This document shows, piece after piece, positions 1 to 9,556 of a stretch of DNA of 64,000 bases. Source of the DNA: Candidatus Woesearchaeota archaeon (GTDB lineage: Archaea > Nanobdellota > Nanobdellia > Woesearchaeales > UBA119); the NCBI GenBank assembly GCA_035363095.1, contig DAOSEK010000004.1, positions 30,893 through 94,892 of the forward strand, written 5' to 3'. A program made the position numbers and the translations under genes. Position 1 is the first letter of the stretch. Each line of letters opens with the position of its first letter. The notes below the pieces were generated by a model. It ran no database searches. It saw only the letters and a list, made by a program, of their open reading frames with translations, and was not told the origin of the DNA.

Positions 1-1676
1 TTATTTAGATTGCTTAACACTTTCCTATTCTTTGGCATCTTAAAATAATCATTCCTTCTCTCCTCATAAGCAACAGTTCCTACAAGTACATTTATTTCTA
101 TATCACTCAATTTCTTATAAATATCTGAAAAGAAGATCTCAGTTAAAATAAGCTCATTTGAATAAACCCTTGAAGCAAAAAATCCTTTTTGAGTCACTCT
201 CATATTCTCCTTTGAAACATATCCCATCTGACAAAGTTTATCAAACATATGATTAAAAGAAGACATTATTCTTATATTTCTTTGATTCTTTCTCTTAAGA
301 AAATAATCAAAAGATTTTTTTAAAATAATCTCATATTGCTTAGGATCATGATTGATAACAAGGTTTAATACCGTATTATATGTTAATTTAAACTGCGACT
401 CCAAATTTTCAGTATCCTTTAAAGTAATACTTTCTATAGAATCTAAATCATTATACTTCCGATCATAAATGGTAATAGAATATCCAACCTTATCAATCCC
501 TCTTCTTCCCGCTCTTCCTGCCATCTGGAAATATTCCTTTGAGCGTAATGGTCTAAAAGAAATCCCATCAAACTTCCTTAAAGCATCAAAACAGACTGCT
601 CTTGCTGGCATATTTATCCCTACAGCAAAAGTTTCAGTCGTGTAAAGAATATTTATAAGCTTTCTTGAAAATAATTTTTCCACAATCTCTTTTAAATTTG
701 GAAGCATGCCTGCATGATGAATGGCAATGCCTTTAGTAAGCAAGTTTTTTAAGAAATGTGAGCATTCCATCGTTGAAACCTCACTAAGCACATTTTGATT
801 ATAAAATTCAATAACCTCTCTTTTTTGTGAAGAGCTAAGATAATCATGTTTTTTAGCAAGCTCCAAAGCCTTCTTCTCACAATCTTTCCTTGAAAAACTA
901 AAATAAAAGCATGGCATAAATCCTTTCTCAGAAAGTGTATCAATCAAATCAATATGACATGGTGCTTTGTAATTAACAAGATATGGCTTTACTTTCTTTC
1001 GTTTGCCAAACTTATTAACATTATAAACCGGATTTTGCTCATTTCCAATTCTAGACAACTTACGGCTTAAATCACCTGAATTAATCATTCCAAACTCAGA
1101 ATCAAACACAAAATGCTCTAGTGGCACAGCCCTTTTTTCATACTTGACAACTTTGACCTCATGACTTTTTATACTCCTAATCCACTCTGAAAACTCCTTT
1201 GCATTGGGAATAGTTGCACTTAAACAAAGAAATCTCACATGTTCAGGAGAAAAAATAATAGATTCCTCCCAGATAGTCCCTCTTTCCCTATCATTAATAT
1301 AATGAATCTCATCAAAAACAACATAATGAATATCATCAATAATCCTATCTTTGGACATAAGCATATTTCTATATATCTCTGTAGTCATAATAAGTATCTG
1401 TGCATCAGGATTAATCACCACATCTCCTGTCATAATTCCAACCTTGTCCTCGCCATAATCCTCTTTAAAATCCCTATATTTTTGATTTGAAAGAGCCTTT
1501 ATCGGGGCAGTATATATAACCCTCCATCTAGTATTTAGCGCTTTAGAAACAATATAGTCTGCGATCAATGTTTTACCTGTACCCGTAGCTGCACTAACCA
1601 CAACAGAAAAATTATCCTCAATGTGTCTAATAGCTTCCTCCTGAAAATCATCGAGTATAAAATCCTTAAATTTCAT
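1..1676 (-). CDS. Ski2-like SF2 (DEAD/DEAH-box) RNA helicase; C-terminus runs off the window start
   Basis: Own translation of the minus strand from ATG at 1676 gives MKFKDFILDDFQEEAIRHIEDNFSVVVSAATGTGKT. Later motifs in order: TAPIKALSNQK, DEIH, SAT, TETFAVGINMPAR, QMAGRAGRRG. Absent from the ORF track because it has no stop inside the window. Confidence 0.8.
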   Translation of the reverse strand, partial: MKFKDFILDDFQEEAIRHIEDNFSVVVSAATGTGKTLIADYIVSKALNTRWRVIYTAPIKALSNQKYRDFKEDYGEDKVGIMTGDVVINPDAQILIMTTEIYRNMLMSKDRIIDDIHYVVFDEIHYINDRERGTIWEESIIFSPEHVRFLCLSATIPNAKEFSEWIRSIKSHEVKVVKYEKRAVPLEHFVFDSEFGMINSGDLSRKLSRIGNEQNPVYNVNKFGKRKKVKPYLVNYKAPCHIDLIDTLSEKGFMPCFYFSFSRKDCEKKALELAKKHDYLSSSQKREVIEFYNQNVLSEVSTMECSHFLKNLLTKGIAIHHAGMLPNLKEIVEKLFSRKLINILYTTETFAVGINMPARAVCFDALRKFDGISFRPLRSKEYFQMAGRAGRRGIDKVGYSITIYDRKYNDLDSIESITLKDTENLESQFKLTYNTVLNLVINHDPKQYEIILKKSFDYFLKRKNQRNIRIMSSFNHMFDKLCQMGYVSKENMRVTQKGFFASRVYSNELILTEIFFSDIYKKLSDIEINVLVGTVAYEERRNDYFKMPKNRKVLSNLN

Positions 1677-1761
1677 ATAAATCATCTATTCTAAAAAAAC
1701 ATCTAGCTTCAAACATTTAATAAAACTACATTTTTATATATCTCGTAAATCCATCCTTACA

Positions 1762-1896
1762 AATCAACAACCTCACCCTAAATGGCGAGGTATGTTGGTA
1801 ATATAAAAGCATGCACTACGTTCAAGCGAGGTTATTGATTACAAAAAAGCGTACCAAGTCCTCGTGTTTAAAAACGAGGTATCCTTTTCTATTAAT
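1762..1896 (+). repeat. Family-A structured repeat (about 135 nt, two imperfect hairpins), copy A1
   Basis: aatcaacaacctcaccc-taaa-tggcgaggtatgttgg, then aaaagcgtacc..cctcgtg-loop-cacgagg..tatcctttt, ending ttctattaat. Four copies in the window. Confidence 0.75.
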
Positions 1897-2023
1897 AAAA
1901 AATAACATACGACTCATTATATATAGTTACTTTTAAATATTTTTTATCAAATCCCTGAATTTAGTCTTTGACATTCAGCTTTGATTTATACTTAAGTTTA
2001 TATTTATTTGCATTAATTAAATA

Positions 2024-2112
2024 ACAAATCTCAGCATAACTGCCGAGTTATCTAATGAATAGTCAAGGTTAATCGTTAAATGAATCCGTCACTTAAAACT
2101 TTCGGCTTGAAA
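2024..2112 (+). repeat. Family-B repeat copy B1, left part (interrupted by A2)
   Basis: Aligns to the left two thirds of B3/B4 (..ggttaatcgtt.a.tgaatcc.tc..t...actttcggcttgaaa). Confidence 0.6.
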
Positions 2113-2246
2113 AATCAACAACCTCACCCTAAATGGCAAGGTATGTTGGTAATATAAAAGCATAAGCTACATTAAAGCGAGGTTGTTGATTACAAAAAAG
2201 CGTACCGAGCGCTCATGTTGAAACACGAGGTATGCTTTTCTATTAA
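2113..2246 (+). mobile_element. Family-A repeat copy A2, inserted inside family-B copy B1
   Basis: Same about 135-nt element as A1. It splits the B1 central hairpin (..ctttcggcttgaaa | A2 | cccaagtatgcgaa..). Confidence 0.7.
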
Positions 2247-2285
2247 CCCAAGTATGCGAATGATCTGGATTTCATTAAATCAAAA
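2247..2285 (+). repeat. Family-B repeat copy B1, right part
   Basis: cccaagtatgcgaatgatctggatttcattaaatcaaaa matches the B consensus right end (accaaagtatgcaaaatgaactggatttcacgaaaatcaaaa). Confidence 0.6.
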
Positions 2286-2314
2286 TACTATAAAAACTTA
2301 TAAAAAATTAAAAA

Positions 2315-3418
2315 ATGAAAAAATCAAATAAATCAAACTCTCAAAGAGAAGAATCATGTTTCTCAAAAATACAAAATATTGTACCTTTCTTAGAAGAAGA
2401 ACTTATTCTTCTATCATCAATTGCAAAGCCATTAGGTTATTCAAACATATCATTTCTTTCAAGAGGCAAAAGAGGCTATGTATTTTTAGCAAATTACAAC
2501 AAAAAAAAAGTATGTATTAAATCAAAAAACCCCCAAAGCACTGTCGATACACTTCTAAATGAATATAACTTTCTAAAACGCTTAAAGAATCATAATCTTT
2601 CTCCTAAGCCCTTAGAAAATCACAACACTTTCATCTCCATGGAATTTATTGAAGGATTACCCTTTGAAGAGTTCCTTAAAAATTTTAATGAAAAAAATTC
2701 AAAAACAAAAATAATACTCATAATCTGGCAATTAATAGATCAAATGCTTCTACTAGATTTATTAGGAATAAACAAACAAGAAATGACTCATCCCACAAAA
2801 CATATAATAATAACACAAAAAAAGTTAGGTAAAAACAAAAAACTTTATCCTGTTCTAATAGATTTTGAAAGAGCAAGATTTTCTAAAAATCCAAGGAACT
2901 TAACCCAGTTCATATCCTATCTAAATTCAAACAAAATATCCACCCTTTTGAATCAAAAAGATATTCTAATCAATTCACAAAACATATTGGACCAAATAAA
3001 AGATTACAAAAAAACAATCAGAAATACTAATAGCCTTTTCAATACCCAATCAGTTCCTTCAATTTATGAGGATATCATAATTAAAATAAAAAAAAATATA
3101 TGGTTAAATCCGTCTAATTTCTCAGAAAAAGTTCTAACTCAAACACTATTAATTCCAAAAGGAAAAGTAGTATCGTATGCTTATATAGCCAAAAAACTAA
3201 ATACAAAAGCATTTCGGGCCATTGGAGTTGCACTATCAAAAAATCAGTTTGCCCCAATAGTGCCCTGCCACCGAGTAGTATGTTCAAATGGTTTTATAGG
3301 TGGCTTTAATGGAAGTTATAAAAACATGAAAATAAAAGAAAAATTATTAAAATCTGAAGGGATAGAAACATTCAAATTAAAAGACAAAAGTTTTATTCCA
3401 GAAAAGTATTTTTTCTAA
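2315..3418 (+). CDS. Fusion protein: degenerate Bud32/RIO-like kinase fold plus C-terminal MGMT (O6-alkylguanine-DNA alkyltransferase) domain
   Basis: N-terminal part has GKRGYVFLA...VCIKSK and LIDFERARF (kinase-like). C-terminal part has YIAKKLNTKAFRAIGVALSKNQFAPIVPCHRVV with the PCHRV active-site motif. Confidence 0.7.
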   Translation: MKKSNKSNSQREESCFSKIQNIVPFLEEELILLSSIAKPLGYSNISFLSRGKRGYVFLANYNKKKVCIKSKNPQSTVDTLLNEYNFLKRLKNHNLSPKPLENHNTFISMEFIEGLPFEEFLKNFNEKNSKTKIILIIWQLIDQMLLLDLLGINKQEMTHPTKHIIITQKKLGKNKKLYPVLIDFERARFSKNPRNLTQFISYLNSNKISTLLNQKDILINSQNILDQIKDYKKTIRNTNSLFNTQSVPSIYEDIIIKIKKNIWLNPSNFSEKVLTQTLLIPKGKVVSYAYIAKKLNTKAFRAIGVALSKNQFAPIVPCHRVVCSNGFIGGFNGSYKNMKIKEKLLKSEGIETFKLKDKSFIPEKYFF

Positions 3419-3440
3419 CAAACTAAAAAATTTTTTTTAA

Positions 3441-5822
3441 TTAATTTATTTTCTTTTTTTTACTAGACGGCGTTGAGCTTTTCTTATAAGATTTTGTTTT
3501 AGGTTTACTCTTGTGAATCTTAGTATTCTTTGCAGGGGTTTTATCAGAATTGTTTTTAACAGGGGGATTATCTTTATTTTTATTATCTATACTCTTAGCA
3601 TTAGTAGAATCATTATTATCCTTATTATTGCTATTCCCATTATTTTCAATATTCTCAATATACTTACAGTTTGGATACTTCGAGCATCCATAAAATTGGC
3701 CATAAAAACTTTTTCTTAATACTAAGGGAGCTCCACACTTGGGGCAACTCTTATCTTGCGCTTCTTCTACTTTTATCGCCTCATTCTTTTTAGATGGACA
3801 ATCAGGATTAATGCATACCTCTTGAGGTCTTGTTCTTGCTCTAATCACCTGAATCATGGGATAATTGCAATTCTCGCACACATTCTTTGTTGTTAAAACC
3901 ATAGCGCCTTTTGGAAGAGCAAAAGTAGTCTTACACTCAGGGTACCTATTACAAGCAATAAATCTTCCAAACTTTCCGGTCTTAATCATCAACGTTCCAT
4001 CTTTACAATTTAGGCATTTTCCAACAGCATTTTGAATATCCTCATGTTTTCTATTAGCTAAAACCAACTCTTCTCCAATAGCTTTTTCTTTGTTTTTGAA
4101 TTTATTTAAAATCTTTTCAAGTGTCTTTTTAGCCTCCTCAAGAACCTCATCAACAGTCTTATTCTTTCCTGAGATCTCTTCAAGTTCAGTTTCAAAATGC
4201 TTTGTTAACGCTACATCAACAACCTCTGGGCATTGCTTTTCTAAAACCTCAACTGTCTTTTCTCCAAAGATTGTAGCCGAAATAGAATTGTTTCCCACAA
4301 CATAGCCCCTATTAAACAAGGTATCAATAATAGATGCCCTTGTGGCTTTAGTGCCAAGCCCGTTTTTCTCAAGCTCCTTTAATAAAGACGAAGGACTAAA
4401 TCTTGGTGGGGGCATAGTTTCCTTTTCATCCATTGATAATTTTTTATTAATAACCACATCCCCTACTTTTACAACTGGAATCTCATCTGTATTTTCCTTG
4501 CCATAAGGCGCATAAAGTTTAAGCCATCCTATTTGTGTTGTAATAGAACCTGAAAAAACAAAAATCTCTTTTTCCAAATCAATCTTAATACTTGAAGTAT
4601 CATACTTAGAAACATCGCCAAAAGTAGCCAAAAATCTTTTCACAATCAAATCATAAACCTTCTGATGCCTTGCCTCAAGTGATTTAGGATTATTTCCAGT
4701 AGGAAATATAGCTGGGTGAGCAGGGTCATCCTTTTTACCTTGCCGAGGAGACAGCTTTGGATTAGAAAGAACAATTTTACACAAAGGATTATAGTTAGGA
4801 TTTTTTGCAAGGGATTCAATAATTTTTTTATATCCAATTGTAGGTGGCAGTTTTTGAGAACTAGTTCTAGGGTATGATGTATATCCTGCAACATAAAGAC
4901 TTTGCGCAATCTCAAGTGTTGCTTTTGGGTTAATTCTAAATAATCTGTAACTCTCAGTTTGAAGAGTAGTTAAATCAAATGGCAAAGGAGGAAGCCTTAC
5001 ACCTTCCTTTTTATCAACACTTAAAACCTTACCATCCTTTCCTTTAGTTTTATCATAAATCTGCTTAGCAATTTCTTTATCTTTTATTTTGCCTTTCTCA
5101 TGTAACGCCTTTATATCTTCGCTATTTACCTTGCCTAAAAGCTCAATCTCATAATATTTTTCAGCAACAAATTTTTTAATATCTTTTTCCTTTTCTACAA
5201 CTATTCTTAACGCTGGACCTTGCACCCTTCCAATACTCATTACTTTCATTCTTCCTGAGCTCTTTGTTGCCAAAGTAAGTGCTCTAGAAAGATTAATACC
5301 ATATAGCCAATCAAGGGTGTGTCTTGCAACTCCTGCATAAGCTTGGCCCCAATTTAACGTTTTTTCCATCTTTTCAAAAGATGCAATTAAATCAGGTTTA
5401 GTTAAGGTAGAAAATTTCATTCTCTTAGCATCTTTAGCTTTACATGCAAATCTTAAAAGATTATACCCAATAACTTCCCCTTCAATATCATAATCGCAGG
5501 CAATTACAAAATCACTAGCATTCTTAGCAAGCATAGAAATAGTATCAATATAATTTTTTGTGTGGCTTGATTCTTTCTTAGAAACATAAGCTGGAACCCA
5601 TTGAGTATCAAAAACAGGATACTTCCATCCATCCTTATCCTTTTCTTCAAGACCATAAAGATGGCCAACCGCCGAACAAACCACTATCTCTTTTCCATCC
5701 CTTTCGCATGAATAATAATGAATATTCTTATTGTTTTTTGAAACTGGTGCTTTGGAAGAAATTGAAAATGCAATCTTTCTCGCCGCTGCAGGCTTTTCAG
5801 AGATAATTAAAGTGTAGCTCAT
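3441..5822 (-). CDS. topA: DNA topoisomerase I/III (type IA) with C-terminal zinc ribbons and a Lys/Asn-rich tail
   Basis: TOPRIM start MSYTLIISEKPAAARKIA, DYDIEGEVIG, SYPRTSSQKLP (catalytic Tyr region), several CxxC...CxxC zinc ribbons; 793 aa. Confidence 0.9.
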   Translation of the reverse strand: MSYTLIISEKPAAARKIAFSISSKAPVSKNNKNIHYYSCERDGKEIVVCSAVGHLYGLEEKDKDGWKYPVFDTQWVPAYVSKKESSHTKNYIDTISMLAKNASDFVIACDYDIEGEVIGYNLLRFACKAKDAKRMKFSTLTKPDLIASFEKMEKTLNWGQAYAGVARHTLDWLYGINLSRALTLATKSSGRMKVMSIGRVQGPALRIVVEKEKDIKKFVAEKYYEIELLGKVNSEDIKALHEKGKIKDKEIAKQIYDKTKGKDGKVLSVDKKEGVRLPPLPFDLTTLQTESYRLFRINPKATLEIAQSLYVAGYTSYPRTSSQKLPPTIGYKKIIESLAKNPNYNPLCKIVLSNPKLSPRQGKKDDPAHPAIFPTGNNPKSLEARHQKVYDLIVKRFLATFGDVSKYDTSSIKIDLEKEIFVFSGSITTQIGWLKLYAPYGKENTDEIPVVKVGDVVINKKLSMDEKETMPPPRFSPSSLLKELEKNGLGTKATRASIIDTLFNRGYVVGNNSISATIFGEKTVEVLEKQCPEVVDVALTKHFETELEEISGKNKTVDEVLEEAKKTLEKILNKFKNKEKAIGEELVLANRKHEDIQNAVGKCLNCKDGTLMIKTGKFGRFIACNRYPECKTTFALPKGAMVLTTKNVCENCNYPMIQVIRARTRPQEVCINPDCPSKKNEAIKVEEAQDKSCPKCGAPLVLRKSFYGQFYGCSKYPNCKYIENIENNGNSNNKDNNDSTNAKSIDNKNKDNPPVKNNSDKTPAKNTKIHKSKPKTKSYKKSSTPSSKKKKIN

Positions 5823-6125
5823 TTCTCAAAACGAAAACATGCAATCTTTAAAAATTTTGTTGTTATTCTTTCGTTTTTATCATTTGAAAAGAAAACCAAG
5901 CATTGCAAACTAATTATTTAATCTTAATTTTGAAAACAAAGCATATTAATTAAAAAAAATTACAACTATCTATTTTTTCAATATTCTCCTTCGATCTTAT
6001 TTAATTGAAAAAAATATTTTCTTATCATAAACATTTTATTATCATTTTTTACCATATTTCTTACCATATTATTTAATCAAATTATTGATCATATTATTTA
6101 ATAGAAAAATAAAAAAAAGAATAAA

Positions 6126-6170
6126 CTTTTTTAGTATATACTTTTTTAGTATATACTTTTTTAGTATATA
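6126..6170. repeat. Perfect tandem repeat, 3 x 15 bp (cttttttagtatata)
   Basis: Read directly. Lies in the 720-bp AT-rich topA/rtcB divergent intergenic region. Confidence 0.9.
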
Positions 6171-6182
6171 GTATAATCTATA

Positions 6183-6316
6183 ATGAAAAACCACAACATA
6201 AATGCTTGAAGGTATCTTGCCGATATTCGAGCTTAAACATTTAATAAATCCGTCTCTTCAAACTTTAGCCCTCAAGACCAAAGTATACGAAATTAGCTGG
6301 ATTTCACAAACATCAA
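6183..6316 (+). repeat. Family-B repeat copy B2
   Basis: atgaaaaacc...aaatccgtctcttcaaactttagccctcaagaccaaagtatacgaaattagctggatttcacaaacatc. Confidence 0.6.
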
Positions 6317-6542
6317 CAAGGCCTACTCCTAATCAAGCATAGTTACATAACAAATCATTGCATATCTAAAAACTCTTATTTAATCAGTAAATTGAATATC
6401 TAATTTACTAAATCCCAGTCCTTTAAGATGACAAACTTCAGTGTCCTATAATTAAAATTTCTCAAATCCCTCAAATCCATATCTAAAAAACCCTCAAAAA
6501 TTACAAAAACATTTAATAACATCCATCTCCCATCACACAATT

Positions 6543-7946
6543 ATGAATAACGAATTAAAATCAAAGCTCAAAAAAATTGGACCTTGTGAATACGAAATCC
6601 CCTTAGGTTTTGTTAAAGAAATGATTCTTCCTGCAAAGCTTTTCTTAAACGATATGCTTCTATCTTTAATAGACCAAAACGCAATAGAACAACTAGCAAA
6701 CATCTCAACAATAAAGGGCTTAGGATTTCCCCCCATAGGTCTTCCTGATATTCATCTAGGATATGGAGTTCCAGTAGGAAGCGTAGCAGGATTTGAGAAA
6801 AACAATGGAATAGTTAGTGCTGGGATGGTAGGTTTTGATATAAACTGTGGAATATCTTTAATTAAAACCAACATAAAAAAAGATGAAATCTCAAATAAGC
6901 TTGATTCATTAGGAAAATATTTAGCATCAAAAATCCCCGTTGGCGTTGGCTCAAAATCAAATATCTCATTATCCACAAAGGAACTTGACTCTCTTTTAGA
7001 AACTGGCGCATTATGGGCATTAAAAAATAAAATTGCAACAAAATCAGAAATAGAAAAAATAGAAGATTTTGGAACATTTAAAGGAGCAAATCCAAAGAAT
7101 GTTTCATCAGACGCAAAATCAAGAGGAATAAAACAACTCGGAACATTAGGCTCAGGCAATCATTTCGTAGAATTATCTTTTGTCAAAGACACCTTTAGTA
7201 TAACTGCCAAAACAAAATACAACCTTGATAAGAATACACTTTGTATAATGATACATACCGGCTCTCGCGGTTTAGGTCATCAAATTGCAACAGAATTTGT
7301 AAAGCTTCATTTTGAAGCATCAAAAAAATATGGGCTTTCCTTCAAAGACAAACAAATCTCTGGTGTCCCAACAAATTCAATAGAAGCTAAAAATTATCTA
7401 TCTGCAATGGCTTGCGCTGCAAACTACTCCTATGTAAATAAACTCTTTTTAATAAGCAAAATAAGAGAAGCTTTATGCGCATTTTTTAAAATCTCTTCTG
7501 AAGAACTAGGATTAGAGCACATATACACCCTATCTCACAATATCTGTAAACTGGAGAAACATAACGAAAAGGAATTATACGTTCACAGAAAAGGCGCAAC
7601 AAAAGCATTTCCAATGACTCCTGTAATAATCGCAGGATCAATGGGAACATCATCATTTCTTTTAGAAGGAACAAAAACAGCTCTTGAAAAATCTTTAGGT
7701 TCAAGCTGTCATGGATCTGGAAGATCTCTTTCAAGAGCCCAAGCAATTAAATCCTTCAAATATAGTAATGTAATAAAAGAGCTTCATAAATCAAATATAA
7801 GAGTATTCTCTCCCTCAAAAGAAGGAATAATTGATGAATCTCCTGGCGCATACAAGCCAATTTATCCAGTAATAGAAACAATCGAAAACGCAAAACTCTC
7901 AAAAAAGATTGCCGAATTCTTTCCAATGATTGTAATAAAGGGATAA
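6543..7946 (+). CDS. rtcB: RNA-splicing ligase RtcB
   Basis: DIHLGYG, GFDINCG, GSGNHF, HTGSRGLGHQ, SCHGSGR motifs; 467 aa. Confidence 0.92.
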   Translation: MNNELKSKLKKIGPCEYEIPLGFVKEMILPAKLFLNDMLLSLIDQNAIEQLANISTIKGLGFPPIGLPDIHLGYGVPVGSVAGFEKNNGIVSAGMVGFDINCGISLIKTNIKKDEISNKLDSLGKYLASKIPVGVGSKSNISLSTKELDSLLETGALWALKNKIATKSEIEKIEDFGTFKGANPKNVSSDAKSRGIKQLGTLGSGNHFVELSFVKDTFSITAKTKYNLDKNTLCIMIHTGSRGLGHQIATEFVKLHFEASKKYGLSFKDKQISGVPTNSIEAKNYLSAMACAANYSYVNKLFLISKIREALCAFFKISSEELGLEHIYTLSHNICKLEKHNEKELYVHRKGATKAFPMTPVIIAGSMGTSSFLLEGTKTALEKSLGSSCHGSGRSLSRAQAIKSFKYSNVIKELHKSNIRVFSPSKEGIIDESPGAYKPIYPVIETIENAKLSKKIAEFFPMIVIKG

Positions 7947-7989
7947 GGTTTCATTTAAAAAAACATTTCTTGAAAAAATCACCTTAAAT

Positions 7990-8604
7990 TCAAATATCAA
8001 TAATCTTTCCTTCCCTAGAAACATTAATAACTTTGGTCTTTCCAATAATCTCTTCAATACCTTGTGCCTCATGTACATGTGCACAAATCAAAACATTTGG
8101 TTGAAAGCTATCAATTGCCTTTCTAACAGCACTGCTTCCTGTAACAATACTTGAAAACCGTTCAATCTTAGAATCACTTGGATGGATATGTGTAACCATA
8201 ATCTTCTTTTCAATATCCTTAACCCCTTGAAAACCCTTCTTTAACATGTCATACATCTCTTCTTCATCAATAGTGTAAAGCCCCATATTTGCGCCACCAA
8301 CACCAAAAAACCCAATATCCTTGTATCTAACATACTTCCCATGAATGTTCTTAATCCCATAAAATTCCTCTAAAAAATTAGTAGTAACATTTGTCTCATG
8401 ATTACCTGGGATTACAAAAACCTGTTTTTTCTTTTTAAGAAACGGACCAATAATCCCATCAATATTTGTCTCATTATCCGTTAAATCCCCTGCAAGTATA
8501 ACTAAATCAACCTTCTCAGTGTCTGCCTTTTGGGCAAGCCTTTCTACAAGTTCCTTATCAGAGTGAATATCTCCTACTGCAAGAATTCTCATATTATCTC
8601 TCAT
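7990..8604 (-). CDS. Calcineurin-like metallophosphoesterase
   Basis: MRILAVGDIHS, LAGDLTD, GNHE, THIHP, HVHE metal-binding motifs. Confidence 0.8.
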   Translation of the reverse strand: MRDNMRILAVGDIHSDKELVERLAQKADTEKVDLVILAGDLTDNETNIDGIIGPFLKKKKQVFVIPGNHETNVTTNFLEEFYGIKNIHGKYVRYKDIGFFGVGGANMGLYTIDEEEMYDMLKKGFQGVKDIEKKIMVTHIHPSDSKIERFSSIVTGSSAVRKAIDSFQPNVLICAHVHEAQGIEEIIGKTKVINVSREGKIIDI

Positions 8605-9211
8605 TAATCAAAACTTTTTTAGAACTCAGATCAACAATAGTTGAAGGAATCCCATTTAAATCTCCCTCATCAATAGCATAATGAACACTCTTTCTATACT
8701 CTTGACTAGTTTCATTTGGGTTGATAATTACCCTATTACCTTCAACAAGCGCAGCTGTTGTGATAAATGGAACACCAAGTTCCTCAACCATCTCTGAAAT
8801 CCAATGTTCAGGCATCCTAACGCCAATTGTATCAAGACCGCTATTTACATGTTTTGAAATTGAATTCTTATTCTTAAGTTTAAGTATCAAGGTAAAAGGA
8901 CCAGGAAGTCTATCAAGCCAGTCTTTATCTTTTTCATCTATTTCACAATTATCAAGAATCCATTCTTTAGAAGGTGCAATCACCGAAAAAGGTCTTGAAT
9001 CGTTATTTTTAAGCTCTCTTAACTTCCTAACCGAGCCCTCGTTTATCGCACTACAGCCAAGTCCGTAGATTGTGTCAGTCGGATGTAAAATAATCTTTCC
9101 CTTCTCAATCTCACTAACCAAACGAGCCTTATCAAACCTTGCCTCTTCTTTACTTAGAATATCCATAACAGAAGGGATAATCAGTCTTTTTAAAAAATTT
9201 TCTATAAACAA
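8594..9211 (-). CDS. tsaC: YrdC/Sua5-family L-threonylcarbamoyladenylate synthase domain protein
   Basis: PTDTIYGLGCSA motif and YrdC-sized domain (205 aa); no Sua5 C-terminal domain. Confidence 0.7.
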   Translation of the reverse strand: MFIENFLKRLIIPSVMDILSKEEARFDKARLVSEIEKGKIILHPTDTIYGLGCSAINEGSVRKLRELKNNDSRPFSVIAPSKEWILDNCEIDEKDKDWLDRLPGPFTLILKLKNKNSISKHVNSGLDTIGVRMPEHWISEMVEELGVPFITTAALVEGNRVIINPNETSQEYRKSVHYAIDEGDLNGIPSTIVDLSSKKVLINER

Positions 9212-9556
9212 AAATTGTTAAATACTAAAAAATCTAATAAATTGTATAGTTAATTATTAAAGCATACAATTAAATTGCTCAATTGTTCAATTAAGCTTTT
9301 AAATAATATAGCTATGATTTCAAAATATATCACTACATGTGCAAACACATGTGCAAAAATTAATCCATTTAATCTCTCAAAAATCTCAATCTCATTCATC
9401 ATTTTTCTAAAACCTAGAAAAACTACAAACCAAAACATTAGAAAAAGAATCCATAACTTGAAATCTTTTAGCAAAAGCAAACACTTTTGCCAACAAATAT
9501 CCATATATTCTTGAACCTATTGGACGATTATAACTAATAACCCCTACTTTCATATC

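Noticed and set aside
5823-6542. The 720-bp AT-rich topA/rtcB intergenic region with a 3 x 15-bp perfect repeat, considered as a replication origin.
   Set aside because: There is no adjacent cdc6/orc1 gene and no recognisable ORB-like inverted repeats. The region also contains a family-B repeat, so its size is explained by repeats and divergent promoters.
6752-7159. 135-aa minus-strand ORF. Similar antisense ORFs occur in topA, gatD/E, the Trx-DsbD gene, the surface-protein genes and the helicase (for example 3513-3719, 4090-4305, 8721-9068, 10285-10635, 30990-31328, 33494-33835, 60108-60353, 61041-61370, 61680-62090, 62151-62552).
   Set aside because: All lie antisense to or out of frame with strongly supported genes and have Ser/Phe/Ile-rich shadow composition.
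9250-9514. 84-aa (-) and 79-aa (+) ORFs in the 345-bp gap between the YrdC-like gene and the 233-aa gene.
   Set aside because: The two ORFs are mutually overlapping with hydrophobic low-complexity sequence and no clear start signals. A small membrane protein is possible but unsupported.
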